DNA of 64,000 bases, taken from positions 65,261 through 129,260 of IMG/VR virus record IMGVR_UViG_3300017761_005873. The stretch is one strand, 5' to 3'. The position numbers and the translations under genes were made by a program. This DNA comes from a virus. The notes below the pieces were generated by a model. It was not told the DNA's origin. It saw only the letters and a program-made list of their open reading frames with translations, and searched no databases. Below, piece by piece: positions 31,589 through 40,673 of the stretch (positions are counted from its first letter, which is position 1; every line of letters starts with the position of its first letter).

Positions 31589-33403
31589 TTATTCCTTTAT
31601 TAATTTATTTAGTTCATTAGTCTTTTTAAATATTTCTTCACTTAAAAATCCTGCACCACCTGGCGCACCACCACCTGCTTCAGGACCACCTCCCATTGGA
31701 GGACCACCACCTAATTCAGCACCACCTCCCATTGGAGAACCGCCACCTAATTCAGCACCACCTCCCATTGGAGGACCACCTAAACTACCACCTAGACTAT
31801 TATCTATTTGTTGTTGTTCACCTTGTTGTTGATTACCAACATTAAATCCTGCATTCTTATATTTAATCATTTTATCCATAAGACCTGAAGATTTAAGCAA
31901 CATACCTGCACCTTTAATTTCTTCACCAACTTTAGATTCAAGCATTTGCTCTTGAAGGTCATTAATAATATCTTCTTCAGACATATGGAAGAATCTTTTC
32001 TTAGCCATCATTTCTGACATTGGTTTAATGTTAGTTGCATTGTTTGGTGTAGTAGCAGCTTGATATACTTCTAATTTAGATTTCCAAATTTCAAGTTGAA
32101 GTAAGTCAGATGCTGTTGATGGATTATTAAGAGATAATTTAAAATCATCAATATATGATTCATAATCACCACCAAGTAAACCCAAATGAATAATTGCTAT
32201 TTTATTAAGTTCACCAAGTAATGCTTGTTGAATACGATTTACTTTTCTTGCAAAACGAATATCAAGCATTGATAAATTTTTACCACCTCCTTCACCTGTT
32301 GATTCAGATGAAAAACCAAGCAATGTTTTATGAATACCTAAACCTGTAAACAAATTATCACGAAGATAATTAATATCAGAAATTGCCTCAAGATTTGATG
32401 CACCTGGAAGTGTATCAACAAATTGACCTGATGAATTACCTCTATCAGCAATAAATATATCTTCATCCATTGAAGCGATATTATATTTAAAGTTAATATC
32501 ACCTGTTTTAGGGTCAACTAATTTCTTTTTCTTTACATTATTAGCAAATGCTTCAAGAATTTGTGGAACATCTTCAGGTGGAACATTACCAACAGGAACT
32601 TTATAAATTCTTCTTTCTGCTGCTCTTGTGATACGATAAACCATCATCGCATCTTCCATCATAAAAAGTTGCTTATATGTTCTTCTTACTTTTTCATATA
32701 CACTACAACCATACGGAAGTCTATCACCTGTACCTAATAATCTAAAGTGTGCAATTTGATAATCCATGTATTCTTCTTCACCACCTGAATTTGGGTCTTT
32801 GTATTTAAAGAATGCTCTGAATCTTTGTTTTGTGTCATATTTTTCATTTCTTTCAACAAATTGAGATGCAAGTTGTCTGAAATCTACAACACCATTTTCT
32901 TTTGAAAGTTCTAAATAAACAAAGTTATCCCCATATTGACACATATTTCTACACCAATAAAATATATTTGTATTAACATCCATAACTTTATAAAAGAATC
33001 TTTCAAGTTCTTTTTTAACTTTATCGGATGAACAATAAATATTTAGAATTTGTCCTGTATCACTTTTTGTTGTTGTTGCTTCTTCAGCAAGTAAATCAAG
33101 TGCAGCACCTAAAATTGGATATCCATCCATTGATAGATAATCATAGTAGAGCATCATTCTACTAGATTCATACATCAATTTACGTTGGTCATTACCTCTA
33201 TCAATTTTAGTGCTTTGGTTTCTATAAAACTTTATTGCACCATCTTCTACAGCCTTTTTTGTTGCCTCTTCTTGAGAAGCAGCAGTAATAAATTCTTTTT
33301 GAACAGGTGCTTCAAATCTACCCTGTGTACTATCTAAAGCATCAGTTGCTCTTCTAAAGAAAGTATTAATGTTTGAAAATAAGCCTTTATTATCATCTGC
33401 CAT
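31589..33403 (-). CDS. portal protein (T4 gp20-like)
   Basis: QLFMMEDAMMVYRITRAAERR.YK..VGN, EDIFI, TLPGASNL..I.DINY; Gly/Pro-rich tail. Confidence 0.94.
   Translation of the reverse strand: MADDNKGLFSNINTFFRRATDALDSTQGRFEAPVQKEFITAASQEEATKKAVEDGAIKFYRNQSTKIDRGNDQRKLMYESSRMMLYYDYLSMDGYPILGAALDLLAEEATTTKSDTGQILNIYCSSDKVKKELERFFYKVMDVNTNIFYWCRNMCQYGDNFVYLELSKENGVVDFRQLASQFVERNEKYDTKQRFRAFFKYKDPNSGGEEEYMDYQIAHFRLLGTGDRLPYGCSVYEKVRRTYKQLFMMEDAMMVYRITRAAERRIYKVPVGNVPPEDVPQILEAFANNVKKKKLVDPKTGDINFKYNIASMDEDIFIADRGNSSGQFVDTLPGASNLEAISDINYLRDNLFTGLGIHKTLLGFSSESTGEGGGKNLSMLDIRFARKVNRIQQALLGELNKIAIIHLGLLGGDYESYIDDFKLSLNNPSTASDLLQLEIWKSKLEVYQAATTPNNATNIKPMSEMMAKKRFFHMSEEDIINDLQEQMLESKVGEEIKGAGMLLKSSGLMDKMIKYKNAGFNVGNQQQGEQQQIDNSLGGSLGGPPMGGGAELGGGSPMGGGAELGGGPPMGGGPEAGGGAPGGAGFLSEEIFKKTNELNKLIKE
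31686..31783 (-). repeat. 33-nt coding repeats (GGPPMGGGAEL) in the portal C-terminus
   Basis: About 3 copies of CCACCTCCCATTGGAG...CCTAATTCAGCA. Confidence 0.8.
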
Positions 33404-33442
33404 AATTAATAAAATACGTTTTTCTTAAATAGACATAAATAT

Positions 33443-35221
33443 TTATCTTACAAATATGTAAGGATTATTATTTATTTTAGGTGTCTGACGTTCAGGCATC
33501 TCAATACTATTGCCATTTTTGTACCAATCTTTTGGTCTTGATGAATCATTTAATCTTTCATAATTTACATCTTGACCATCTTGTGATATCATTTTCTTTT
33601 GGAACTCAGTATTCATATCTGTAAATTCATCACCTTTCCTAATGGTTGCTGATTTTGCTAAACTTAAATAAATATTCAATTCATTTCCATATTTTTTAGA
33701 AAACATATAAACAGCAAATAGCATACCTGTTGCTATCAATAAGTCATCATGTGCTGAACGCATGTGGTCATATCTATTTGTACTATCATTAAATACAAAT
33801 GTTTTAATTTCACTTAATAATCTAATTGAATTAATTATTGCTTCACCTTCTCTTAATCTTCTTTCAAACTCTCTTAATACATAATCACGAATTGCACCAC
33901 TTTTCATTGTAAATCCTGGTTGCAATTCACCTCTTTGAAATGATTTTAATTGTATTTTTACATCATTTTGTCTTGGTTTATCATAATGTAATTTTTTATA
34001 TTTGTTATTAATTAAGAATCTAATAACTGATATACCCCAACCTCCTGTAACATCGACAATTATATAAGCATTATTATATTTTGTACCATATTGTAAACAT
34101 AATTCACCCATAACCTCAAGCGGTACTCTTGCTTGATATTCAGCTACTTGAACAAGTAACATATTCACAGGGTCATTCTTAAATATTTCAATTGTAGAAT
34201 AGTCACCATCACCACTACCTTTTGCAACGTCACAAGAAAGATAATAATCATAACCATCAATAGCATCTTCCCATATCCAAAAGTTATTATCAAACTCTGT
34301 TCTGATAGGCTCTTTACAAGTTTTTTCAATTCTCATAATAGTTTCCTCATCAACAAGGTTACCACCAGAACCTAAAAATTTATTTTCTAATTCTTGTGCA
34401 ATCTTTCTTGGGTCATTGTTAAATGTTTGACACATATCTCTAAACCATGAAGATGATGGTCTATAACCCATTTCTTTTAAATCTTTATATTTTTCAGGTT
34501 CTTTTTCTTCAATAAATTCATCACCTCTAATCCAAACTAAATCATCATTATATCTTGGGTCTTCATACCAATTAATTTCAACAACTTTAAAGTTATTCTT
34601 TCCTGTTCTTGCTCCTTCATAACGAGCATAATAAGTTGGGTCAAGACCTCTTGGTGTTGAGTTTAATATAATTTGACCTCCTGCTGACATTGTACCTGAT
34701 GCAGAAGACATAAATTCTTCACCTTCTTCAAGAAAGGCTGCTTCATCAATAAAAAGTACATCGGGTGTAAAACCCCTTAAACCATCAGCAGACGCTGCGA
34801 AAGCCTGTAGCGTTGCACCATTATTATAAATCTTAATCTCTTTTGTATCTGATTCAGTTGGTATTCTATTAAATATTTCTCTTGGTAAATTATTAATAAT
34901 GGATGCAATCTGATAGAAGATACTTTCTTTTGCAAGTTTCAATTTGTTAGCAGCAACACCTACTTTAATATCTTTTCTAAAAACTAATGAATGTGCTAAA
35001 TATAAACAAGTCACGGTAGTAATACCACCTTGACGATACTTAGCAACTAAAACTCTGTTACTTTCTTTGTATTTATTTAATACTTGAACTTGTTGAGGTA
35101 ATAATTGAAAAGCAACATACTGTTGTCTTTTCTTATCCCAAACTTTACAATATTTTCTTGCAAAGTACTCTACATCAATAGCGCACTTAGCATATTCCAT
35201 CATTAGTTCATGCTTAGTCAT
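33443..35221 (-). CDS. terminase large subunit (gp17-like)
   Basis: KYRQGGITT Walker A variant, FIDEAAF, STPRG, DVAKGSG.GDYS, HDDLLIA. Confidence 0.94.
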   Translation of the reverse strand: MTKHELMMEYAKCAIDVEYFARKYCKVWDKKRQQYVAFQLLPQQVQVLNKYKESNRVLVAKYRQGGITTVTCLYLAHSLVFRKDIKVGVAANKLKLAKESIFYQIASIINNLPREIFNRIPTESDTKEIKIYNNGATLQAFAASADGLRGFTPDVLFIDEAAFLEEGEEFMSSASGTMSAGGQIILNSTPRGLDPTYYARYEGARTGKNNFKVVEINWYEDPRYNDDLVWIRGDEFIEEKEPEKYKDLKEMGYRPSSSWFRDMCQTFNNDPRKIAQELENKFLGSGGNLVDEETIMRIEKTCKEPIRTEFDNNFWIWEDAIDGYDYYLSCDVAKGSGDGDYSTIEIFKNDPVNMLLVQVAEYQARVPLEVMGELCLQYGTKYNNAYIIVDVTGGWGISVIRFLINNKYKKLHYDKPRQNDVKIQLKSFQRGELQPGFTMKSGAIRDYVLREFERRLREGEAIINSIRLLSEIKTFVFNDSTNRYDHMRSAHDDLLIATGMLFAVYMFSKKYGNELNIYLSLAKSATIRKGDEFTDMNTEFQKKMISQDGQDVNYERLNDSSRPKDWYKNGNSIEMPERQTPKINNNPYIFVR

Positions 35222-35240
35222 GGGATTTTAATTTAATTAG

Positions 35241-35678
35241 TTAATCCTCAAATTTTATGTCATTGTTTCTTAATACTTCACGAATTTCATAATATGAATC
35301 GCCATATCTAAAAACAATAAGATTTTTGTTTAATGAAGACATCTTACTATAATCCTCAACATACTCCCAAGCAAGTGCAACAACACCAAATACAGCATCA
35401 AGCATTCTAAACTCTCCTGAATCAACTAAACAATCAAATTCAATTGAATCTGATGTTACTTCCATTACTTTTTTAATAAATCCTTTTCTTGGTGGATATA
35501 CACCTAAATCACATATGTCCTCCCATTGAGGACCAATACAATCATCAGGATTATTTGAAAATATAAATTCTAATTTTTGAGACCCATTATGTGTTTCACC
35601 AACAGGATTTATATAAACTAATTTTAATTCTTCTTCCTGAACCTTAATAGGTTCAATATTAATATATTCTTTTTCCAT
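35241..35678 (-). CDS. hypothetical protein upstream of terminase
   Basis: 145 aa; LVYINPVG, FRMLDAVFGVVALAWE. Confidence 0.6.
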   Translation of the reverse strand: MEKEYINIEPIKVQEEELKLVYINPVGETHNGSQKLEFIFSNNPDDCIGPQWEDICDLGVYPPRKGFIKKVMEVTSDSIEFDCLVDSGEFRMLDAVFGVVALAWEYVEDYSKMSSLNKNLIVFRYGDSYYEIREVLRNNDIKFED

Positions 35679-35696
35679 AAATAAAATAATAAAAAA

Positions 35697-36095
35697 TTAT
35701 TTCTTTTCTAAAAATTTAGTAAAGAAATCATCTAATTTTTTAGTGTGTTCGTTTAAATTTTGAAGTGTTGATTCTAATTTAACGATAGCTTCTGTATTTT
35801 TTTGAATCATTAATTGAAACTTCTCATTATTTTCTTTTTCAGTATCAAATAATTCATCAATTAATGTATTAATTTTAGAATCAGAACTTTCTAATATTGC
35901 AATTCTTGTTTTGATTTCATTAATATCATCTCCTATTTTATCAAAAGTATATTTTTGACTTTTTCTTTCGTCTTCTAAAGAATTAATTTTATTTTGTAAT
36001 ACAGGGATTACAAATACATATGTTAATATAGTACCTACAATAGCAGATAAAGCTGCAAAAATTATTTGTGTGGTTGGTATTATTTGTAGTAACAT
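35697..36095 (-). CDS. N-terminal TM plus coiled-coil protein (possibly holin/lysis-associated)
   Basis: Single hydrophobic N-terminal helix followed by a heptad-rich region. Confidence 0.5.
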   Translation of the reverse strand: MLLQIIPTTQIIFAALSAIVGTILTYVFVIPVLQNKINSLEDERKSQKYTFDKIGDDINEIKTRIAILESSDSKINTLIDELFDTEKENNEKFQLMIQKNTEAIVKLESTLQNLNEHTKKLDDFFTKFLEKK

Positions 36096-36096
36096 A

Positions 36097-37287
36097 TTAA
36101 ACTATTTTTCTTTTAATGTTTTCGATTAAATATTTTCGTTTTCTCTTTAAAATTTCTTGTTCCAATTGTTCTTTAAGTATTAACTTAGCTTTTTGTTTTA
36201 AGTTTCCTAAAAACTTCTCATCTAATTTTTCAGTTGATGGCTCTTCAATAGTTTCTTCTTCAGGAGCAGGTTCTTCAACAGGTGCTTCTTCTTTATTAGT
36301 TTCAACACTTTCTTTTGAACCCTGCATTTTTTTATAAAAAGATTCAACAGTTTTATCACCTACTAATTTAAACCCTTCATCACCAATTGCACTAATAAGA
36401 CTGTTCATTGCATTCTTAATGTCTTTTTCATCAAATTGTTCACTATCTTGAAGTTCATTGATTGTTTGACCTAATTTACCAACAGCTTCTTGAAATTCTT
36501 TTTTAGGGTCAATTTCTTCACCTTCAGGAGCAGGTGCTTCTTCAGGAGCAGGTGCTTCTTCAGGAGCAGGTTCTTCAACAGGTGCTTCTTCAGCAGAAGG
36601 TTCTTCAGCAGGTGCAGCTTCTTTATCACCAATACCACCTAAAATATCGTCTGCCATTTCTTTTGGTGATTCGCCTTTTGGTTGTGTATCCATAGGAGCA
36701 GGAGGCATATCTCCACCCATTTCAGGAGCAGCACCCATATCTCCACCCATTTCAGGAGCAGCACCCATATCTCCACCCATTTCAGGAGCAGATGCTTCTT
36801 TATCTTTATCTAAATTTTTTAAAAGACTATCTTCAGTAGAATCAGTAGTTACAGGTTTTTCATCAGATTTAGTTCCTTCTGAATCTGTAGACTCTTCTGA
36901 ATCATCAATAATATCTTCTTCTTTTTCTGTTAACAATCTTAATTTATGAGCATTATTTTGTGCTTCACAAATAAATGACATTTTATTATTTGCCTTGTCA
37001 AAAGAGTTAAACTTTTCAATACCAAAAGTAACATTTAAACCATCTAAATGTTTAAAATCAGTTGGGTTTGTACTTCCCTTTTTAGTAGTATATTTTAAAT
37101 AATAGGTTTTATTCTCATGAATAATGCCAAATGTTTTACCATCCAAAGTTTTTTGGATTTTCAATAGAGAAGGCTTTAATTGAACTTTTTTATCAGTATC
37201 AATTGCTAATCTTTTAAAATTTTCAGCAATCTGTTCTTTAGTTGCCCTTTCTCTACTAATTTTACTTGCATCTGCTCTTTTTATCAT
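36097..37287 (-). CDS. acidic Pro/Ala-repeat putative head-core protein
   Basis: 396 aa with APEMGGDMG and EEAPAP repeats, LTE/LDE/LKE/LIE sites. Confidence 0.6.
   Translation of the reverse strand: MIKRADASKISRERATKEQIAENFKRLAIDTDKKVQLKPSLLKIQKTLDGKTFGIIHENKTYYLKYTTKKGSTNPTDFKHLDGLNVTFGIEKFNSFDKANNKMSFICEAQNNAHKLRLLTEKEEDIIDDSEESTDSEGTKSDEKPVTTDSTEDSLLKNLDKDKEASAPEMGGDMGAAPEMGGDMGAAPEMGGDMPPAPMDTQPKGESPKEMADDILGGIGDKEAAPAEEPSAEEAPVEEPAPEEAPAPEEAPAPEGEEIDPKKEFQEAVGKLGQTINELQDSEQFDEKDIKNAMNSLISAIGDEGFKLVGDKTVESFYKKMQGSKESVETNKEEAPVEEPAPEEETIEEPSTEKLDEKFLGNLKQKAKLILKEQLEQEILKRKRKYLIENIKRKIV
36525..36791 (-). repeat. 30-nt and 18-nt tandem coding repeats
   Basis: About 3 copies of TTCAGGAGCAGCACCCATATCTCCACCCAT; CTTCAGGAGCAGGTGCTT repeats; a 35-nt block duplicated at about 36256 and 36556. 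Confidence 0.85.
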
Positions 37288-37317
37288 TTTATTAAAATTT
37301 TTATTTTTTTTATTTTA

Positions 37318-37884
37318 TTAATATCTTCTTCTTTTTCTGTTTTCAAAAATACCACCTTCAGGTTGATTACCTGTACCAATTGCTTCAATACCTCTATCTA
37401 AAGAATCATTGGTAAGACCTTTTCTTTTTGCACTATCAACAAATGTCATTGCTTGTGCAATTTTAGCATCTGTATCTAATACTTTATCAGAAATAAATGA
37501 TAATAAATAACGATAATCACTACCATCTTTTCCTAACTCTAAAGCAACATCATTTAGTTTATCCGTAGGGTTACCAAAAAATTTACCTACTTTTCTAAAT
37601 GATTTATCTAGTAGTCTACTACCCCCTTGTTTACCCATTCCAGCAGCACTCATTGAACCTGCTTCTTTCAAACCTTTTCTTTTATAAAGTTGACTTTTAA
37701 GCATTTGATTTTCTCTTTGAAGAGATTTGACTTTTTCTTCAAGCATTTTATGCTTTGTTTCGCTAAATACTTTATTGAAATCAACTTCATCCAAAGAATT
37801 TTTTCTATATCCTTCTTTAATTAATTCCCTCTTAGCTTGAACAAAATTTTCAAAAACTAAATTATATAGTTGTTTGTTTGTCAT
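37318..37884 (-). CDS. putative head-packaged protein
   Basis: Late motif at 37900-37907; LIKE/LDE/LEE/LKE sites; ends IFENRKRRRY. Confidence 0.55.
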   Translation of the reverse strand: MTNKQLYNLVFENFVQAKRELIKEGYRKNSLDEVDFNKVFSETKHKMLEEKVKSLQRENQMLKSQLYKRKGLKEAGSMSAAGMGKQGGSRLLDKSFRKVGKFFGNPTDKLNDVALELGKDGSDYRYLLSFISDKVLDTDAKIAQAMTFVDSAKRKGLTNDSLDRGIEAIGTGNQPEGGIFENRKRRRY

Positions 37885-37902
37885 ATCAATATTTTATTAT
37901 AA

Positions 37903-39174
37903 TTAGTTAGAATTTATGGAAAATAGAATATTTACTATTTCTTTTTTATTGTTACTAATGATATCAAAAACTTTTTTATTTCTTAATACTTTAAAAACTA
38001 AATTATCAACAGAGAATTCACCTTCTTCTTTTGTAGACTTTCTACGGTCATCTCTTATTTTTTCCATCACTTTTGTGTAACTTTGTAATTTCTTTTTAGA
38101 GTCTTTCATTATTGATATCTTATTTAAGATATCTAAATATTTGTTTACTTTTTGAGTAATTAAATGTTTATCAACATTAGGTAGTTTATACTTTGGTTTT
38201 TTAATCCATTTATTATTAAGTAATGAATACATCGCACCCATACCTTTATCATCAAGTTGAGATTCATTTTGAACATATATTTCAACAGGATAATTATTTA
38301 TTTTAATTTCATTTGAATCTGCCCACAATGCTCTTTTATCACCAAAAAATTCTTTAGCAAACTCTTCATCGTCAGTTAAATCTTTATAATTAATCACAAG
38401 ATGTAAATCAATATCAGATAAATTTGTGTAATTATAATTTGCTAAACTACCTGTAAAAACAATATCTTTTAATTCAACACCTAAATCTAATTGATTAAAA
38501 TAAAATTTAGCAAGTGTTAATAATTTTTTTCGTATATTACTTTTTAAATGATTGTTTAACCAAAACTTTGAATTTAATTTTTTATGGTACTCAATTTCAA
38601 TATCTGTTTTTAATTTAGATGGTAATTCATCTTCCATTATTAATGATTCATTCATTGAAATATCAATACCTAATATATCACTAATTTTAATATTTTTTAA
38701 ATTTAATGTACCATGAACTAATGGTTTATAATAACCTTTTGAATAAACATATTCCATAAGATAATATAAATACTTAGGGTCAAGTTTATCTATTGCTGTA
38801 ACTTTAATACCTATATGTTCAGGATTATATTCTTTTACAGGTTTACCAACCTTTTCTTCACTACCTCTTCTAATTATCCAAAAATCGGCATCAGGAAAAT
38901 TTGTTTTGGCATTAATAAAAAGTCCTAATTTAGATTCATTTAATAAATCTTTATTAATCGCTTCTTCTAACTTAGCTTTTTTAAGTTTTGTATAATATTT
39001 TGGGTCTTCAGCTAAATGGTCCATAGCAATTTCCTTTGCTTGTTTTTTATTATCAGTATGTTCCATTTCGGTTTTAACACCTAATTTAAATTGAGATGTT
39101 AAATCCTCAATTGGAAGTTTATGTTTTTTAGCAATCTGAGGCAATGTTAATTTATCTGCTTTACCACCTTTCAT
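37903..39174 (-). CDS. multi-domain protein: DUF5661-like + HsdS/TRD-like + Pol-beta-type nucleotidyltransferase
   Basis: EMEHT...EIAMDHLAEDPKYYTKL; LDPKYLYYLM...HGT.NLKNIKISDI; FTGSLANYNY...SDIDLH, PVEIY. Confidence 0.7.
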   Translation of the reverse strand: MKGGKADKLTLPQIAKKHKLPIEDLTSQFKLGVKTEMEHTDNKKQAKEIAMDHLAEDPKYYTKLKKAKLEEAINKDLLNESKLGLFINAKTNFPDADFWIIRRGSEEKVGKPVKEYNPEHIGIKVTAIDKLDPKYLYYLMEYVYSKGYYKPLVHGTLNLKNIKISDILGIDISMNESLIMEDELPSKLKTDIEIEYHKKLNSKFWLNNHLKSNIRKKLLTLAKFYFNQLDLGVELKDIVFTGSLANYNYTNLSDIDLHLVINYKDLTDDEEFAKEFFGDKRALWADSNEIKINNYPVEIYVQNESQLDDKGMGAMYSLLNNKWIKKPKYKLPNVDKHLITQKVNKYLDILNKISIMKDSKKKLQSYTKVMEKIRDDRRKSTKEEGEFSVDNLVFKVLRNKKVFDIISNNKKEIVNILFSINSN

Positions 39175-39198
39175 TTGAAATATCGTATTTTATACATA

Positions 39199-39219
39199 TA
39201 AATAGAAAAAAACTATTTA
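39199..39219. promoter_or_regulatory. back-to-back putative late promoters
   Basis: TAAATAGA (TCTATTTA on the minus strand) and ACTATTTA, 5 nt apart between divergent genes. Confidence 0.7.
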
Positions 39220-39231
39220 TAATAAAATATT

Positions 39232-39708
39232 ATGTTTAGATACGATAAAAATAGAGTTAACAAGGAAGTTGATGAATTGAAAAGACTTCTTGCAATAACA
39301 AAAGGTGCTAAAACATCAAATAAATCTATTTCTGCTTCCTTTTTAAAGGAAGAACTTGATTTAACAGGTAATCAAATACAACCACCTTCATCTGACATGG
39401 GTGGAGATATGGGTGGTGATATGGATAAACCTATGGGTGATATTGGTACAAATGACTCAAAAGAAATTGAAAAAGCAATTCAAAATTCAACCGTTACAAC
39501 TGTAGGTCCTGAAGGTGATACACAAATTGTTAAAGGTTACGTTGCAACATCTGATGATGAAAAAGGATTGTATTTTAAATTTTCTTCAAAAGAACCAAAT
39601 CCTGTAATTCAAACAAAAAAAGCAATTACATTAGATGATGATTTATTAAAATCAATTGAACAAATCGCAACATATTTTGATACTTGGAAAACTAATGTTG
39701 AAAAATAA
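39232..39708 (+). CDS. putative head-associated protein
   Basis: Late motif; EVDELKRLL and FLKEE; DMGG repeats like those in 36097-37287. Confidence 0.55.
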   Translation: MFRYDKNRVNKEVDELKRLLAITKGAKTSNKSISASFLKEELDLTGNQIQPPSSDMGGDMGGDMDKPMGDIGTNDSKEIEKAIQNSTVTTVGPEGDTQIVKGYVATSDDEKGLYFKFSSKEPNPVIQTKKAITLDDDLLKSIEQIATYFDTWKTNVEK

Positions 39709-40061
39709 TGGATAAAACTAATGGATTACAAATTGTTCTTTTATTTATTGTAACTGTTATATTATCAATTTTTATTTATTTAATAAATGAAAAAACTGAT
39801 AAAACAACTGAAAATATTATTATAACAAATCAAGAAGTAGAAAATATAAAAAAAGAAACAAAAGAGTTTAAAATTAGATATCAAACATTAAAAAAAATTA
39901 ATGACTCAATCTTTTTATTAATTGATAAACAAAATATAAAAATTATAACATACAATAGAAGAATAAGTGAATTAGAAAATGATGAAAAAGATGTTAAAAA
40001 AGTTATTGGTAGTATTAGTGATAGTACCCTTTATAGGTTACTCTCAGAAACTCCATACTAA
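39708..40061 (+). CDS. i-spanin-like protein (N-terminal TM plus periplasmic coiled coil)
   Basis: LQIVLLFIVTVILSIFIYLI followed by heptads; overlaps the next ORF in another frame. Confidence 0.55.
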   Translation: MDKTNGLQIVLLFIVTVILSIFIYLINEKTDKTTENIIITNQEVENIKKETKEFKIRYQTLKKINDSIFLLIDKQNIKIITYNRRISELENDEKDVKKVIGSISDSTLYRLLSETPY

Positions 40062-40425
40062 AACATTAAAGCCTATAAGTTTTATAAAAGAAAAAAATAA
40101 TTCCTTTTACACATTTGATTCAGAACAGACTAGATTTTTTTATGAAACTAAATTATTAAAAGAATTATGTGATAAGAAAACTTTATATAAAGATTCAATA
40201 ATTCAATCACAAAATAAAATTATTGAAGATATTAATAATATAAATAAAAATAATAAATCTGAATTAGATAGTTGCAATAAAATTGTTAATAAACAAGTTT
40301 TATTTATTTCTAAGCAAGATAGTATAATTAATTATCAACATAAAATTATTGATAAGAAAAATATAAAATTATCTTTTCTTAGTGGTACAAGTTTAGCTAT
40401 TATAATTGCTATGTTGTTTCTTTAA
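39979..40425 (+). CDS. exported coiled-coil protein with C-terminal TM (candidate spanin partner)
   Basis: MLKKLLVVLVIVPFIGYS|Q signal peptide, coiled coil, C-terminal LSGTSLAIIIAMLFL. Confidence 0.5.
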   Translation: MMKKMLKKLLVVLVIVPFIGYSQKLHTKTLKPISFIKEKNNSFYTFDSEQTRFFYETKLLKELCDKKTLYKDSIIQSQNKIIEDINNINKNNKSELDSCNKIVNKQVLFISKQDSIINYQHKIIDKKNIKLSFLSGTSLAIIIAMLFL

Positions 40426-40616
40426 ACAGCATCACTCCAAGTACCCTTTCTATTCCAAAGTACTCTAAATAAATTACTTAAAGTTTTTACAGTAACCTTT
40501 TTTACTTGTTCATCTGTAAATTTATCTTTAACGACCTTATGTATTTCCTTTTCAAGAAATGGTTTAAGTTCTTTTATAATTTCTTTTTTTAAAGATTCTT
40601 CTTCCTTTTTAGTCAT
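40422..40616 (-). CDS. small hypothetical late protein
   Basis: 64 aa, late motif at 40637-40644, ends LFRVLWNRKGTW. Confidence 0.55.
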   Translation of the reverse strand: MTKKEEESLKKEIIKELKPFLEKEIHKVVKDKFTDEQVKKVTVKTLSNLFRVLWNRKGTWSDAV

Positions 40617-40636
40617 TTAAGCTTTATAATTTTATA

Positions 40637-40660
40637 TAATTAGTAGTTTATAACTATTTA
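40637..40660. promoter_or_regulatory. back-to-back putative late promoters
   Basis: TAATTAGT (ACTAATTA on the minus strand) and ACTATTTA, 8 nt apart. Confidence 0.7.
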
Positions 40661-40673
40661 TTATAAATCTTAT

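Noticed and set aside
28113-36791. Tandem repeats as a possible CRISPR array or DGR template
   Set aside because: All units are multiples of 3 inside ORFs with no unique spacers; no cas or reverse transcriptase gene is in the window.
37903-38600. Calling the nucleotidyltransferase a CCA-adding enzyme or a CBASS cyclase
   Set aside because: Only the generic GS/DxD motif is visible. The tRNAs lacking CCA is not enough evidence, and no CBASS effector is adjacent.
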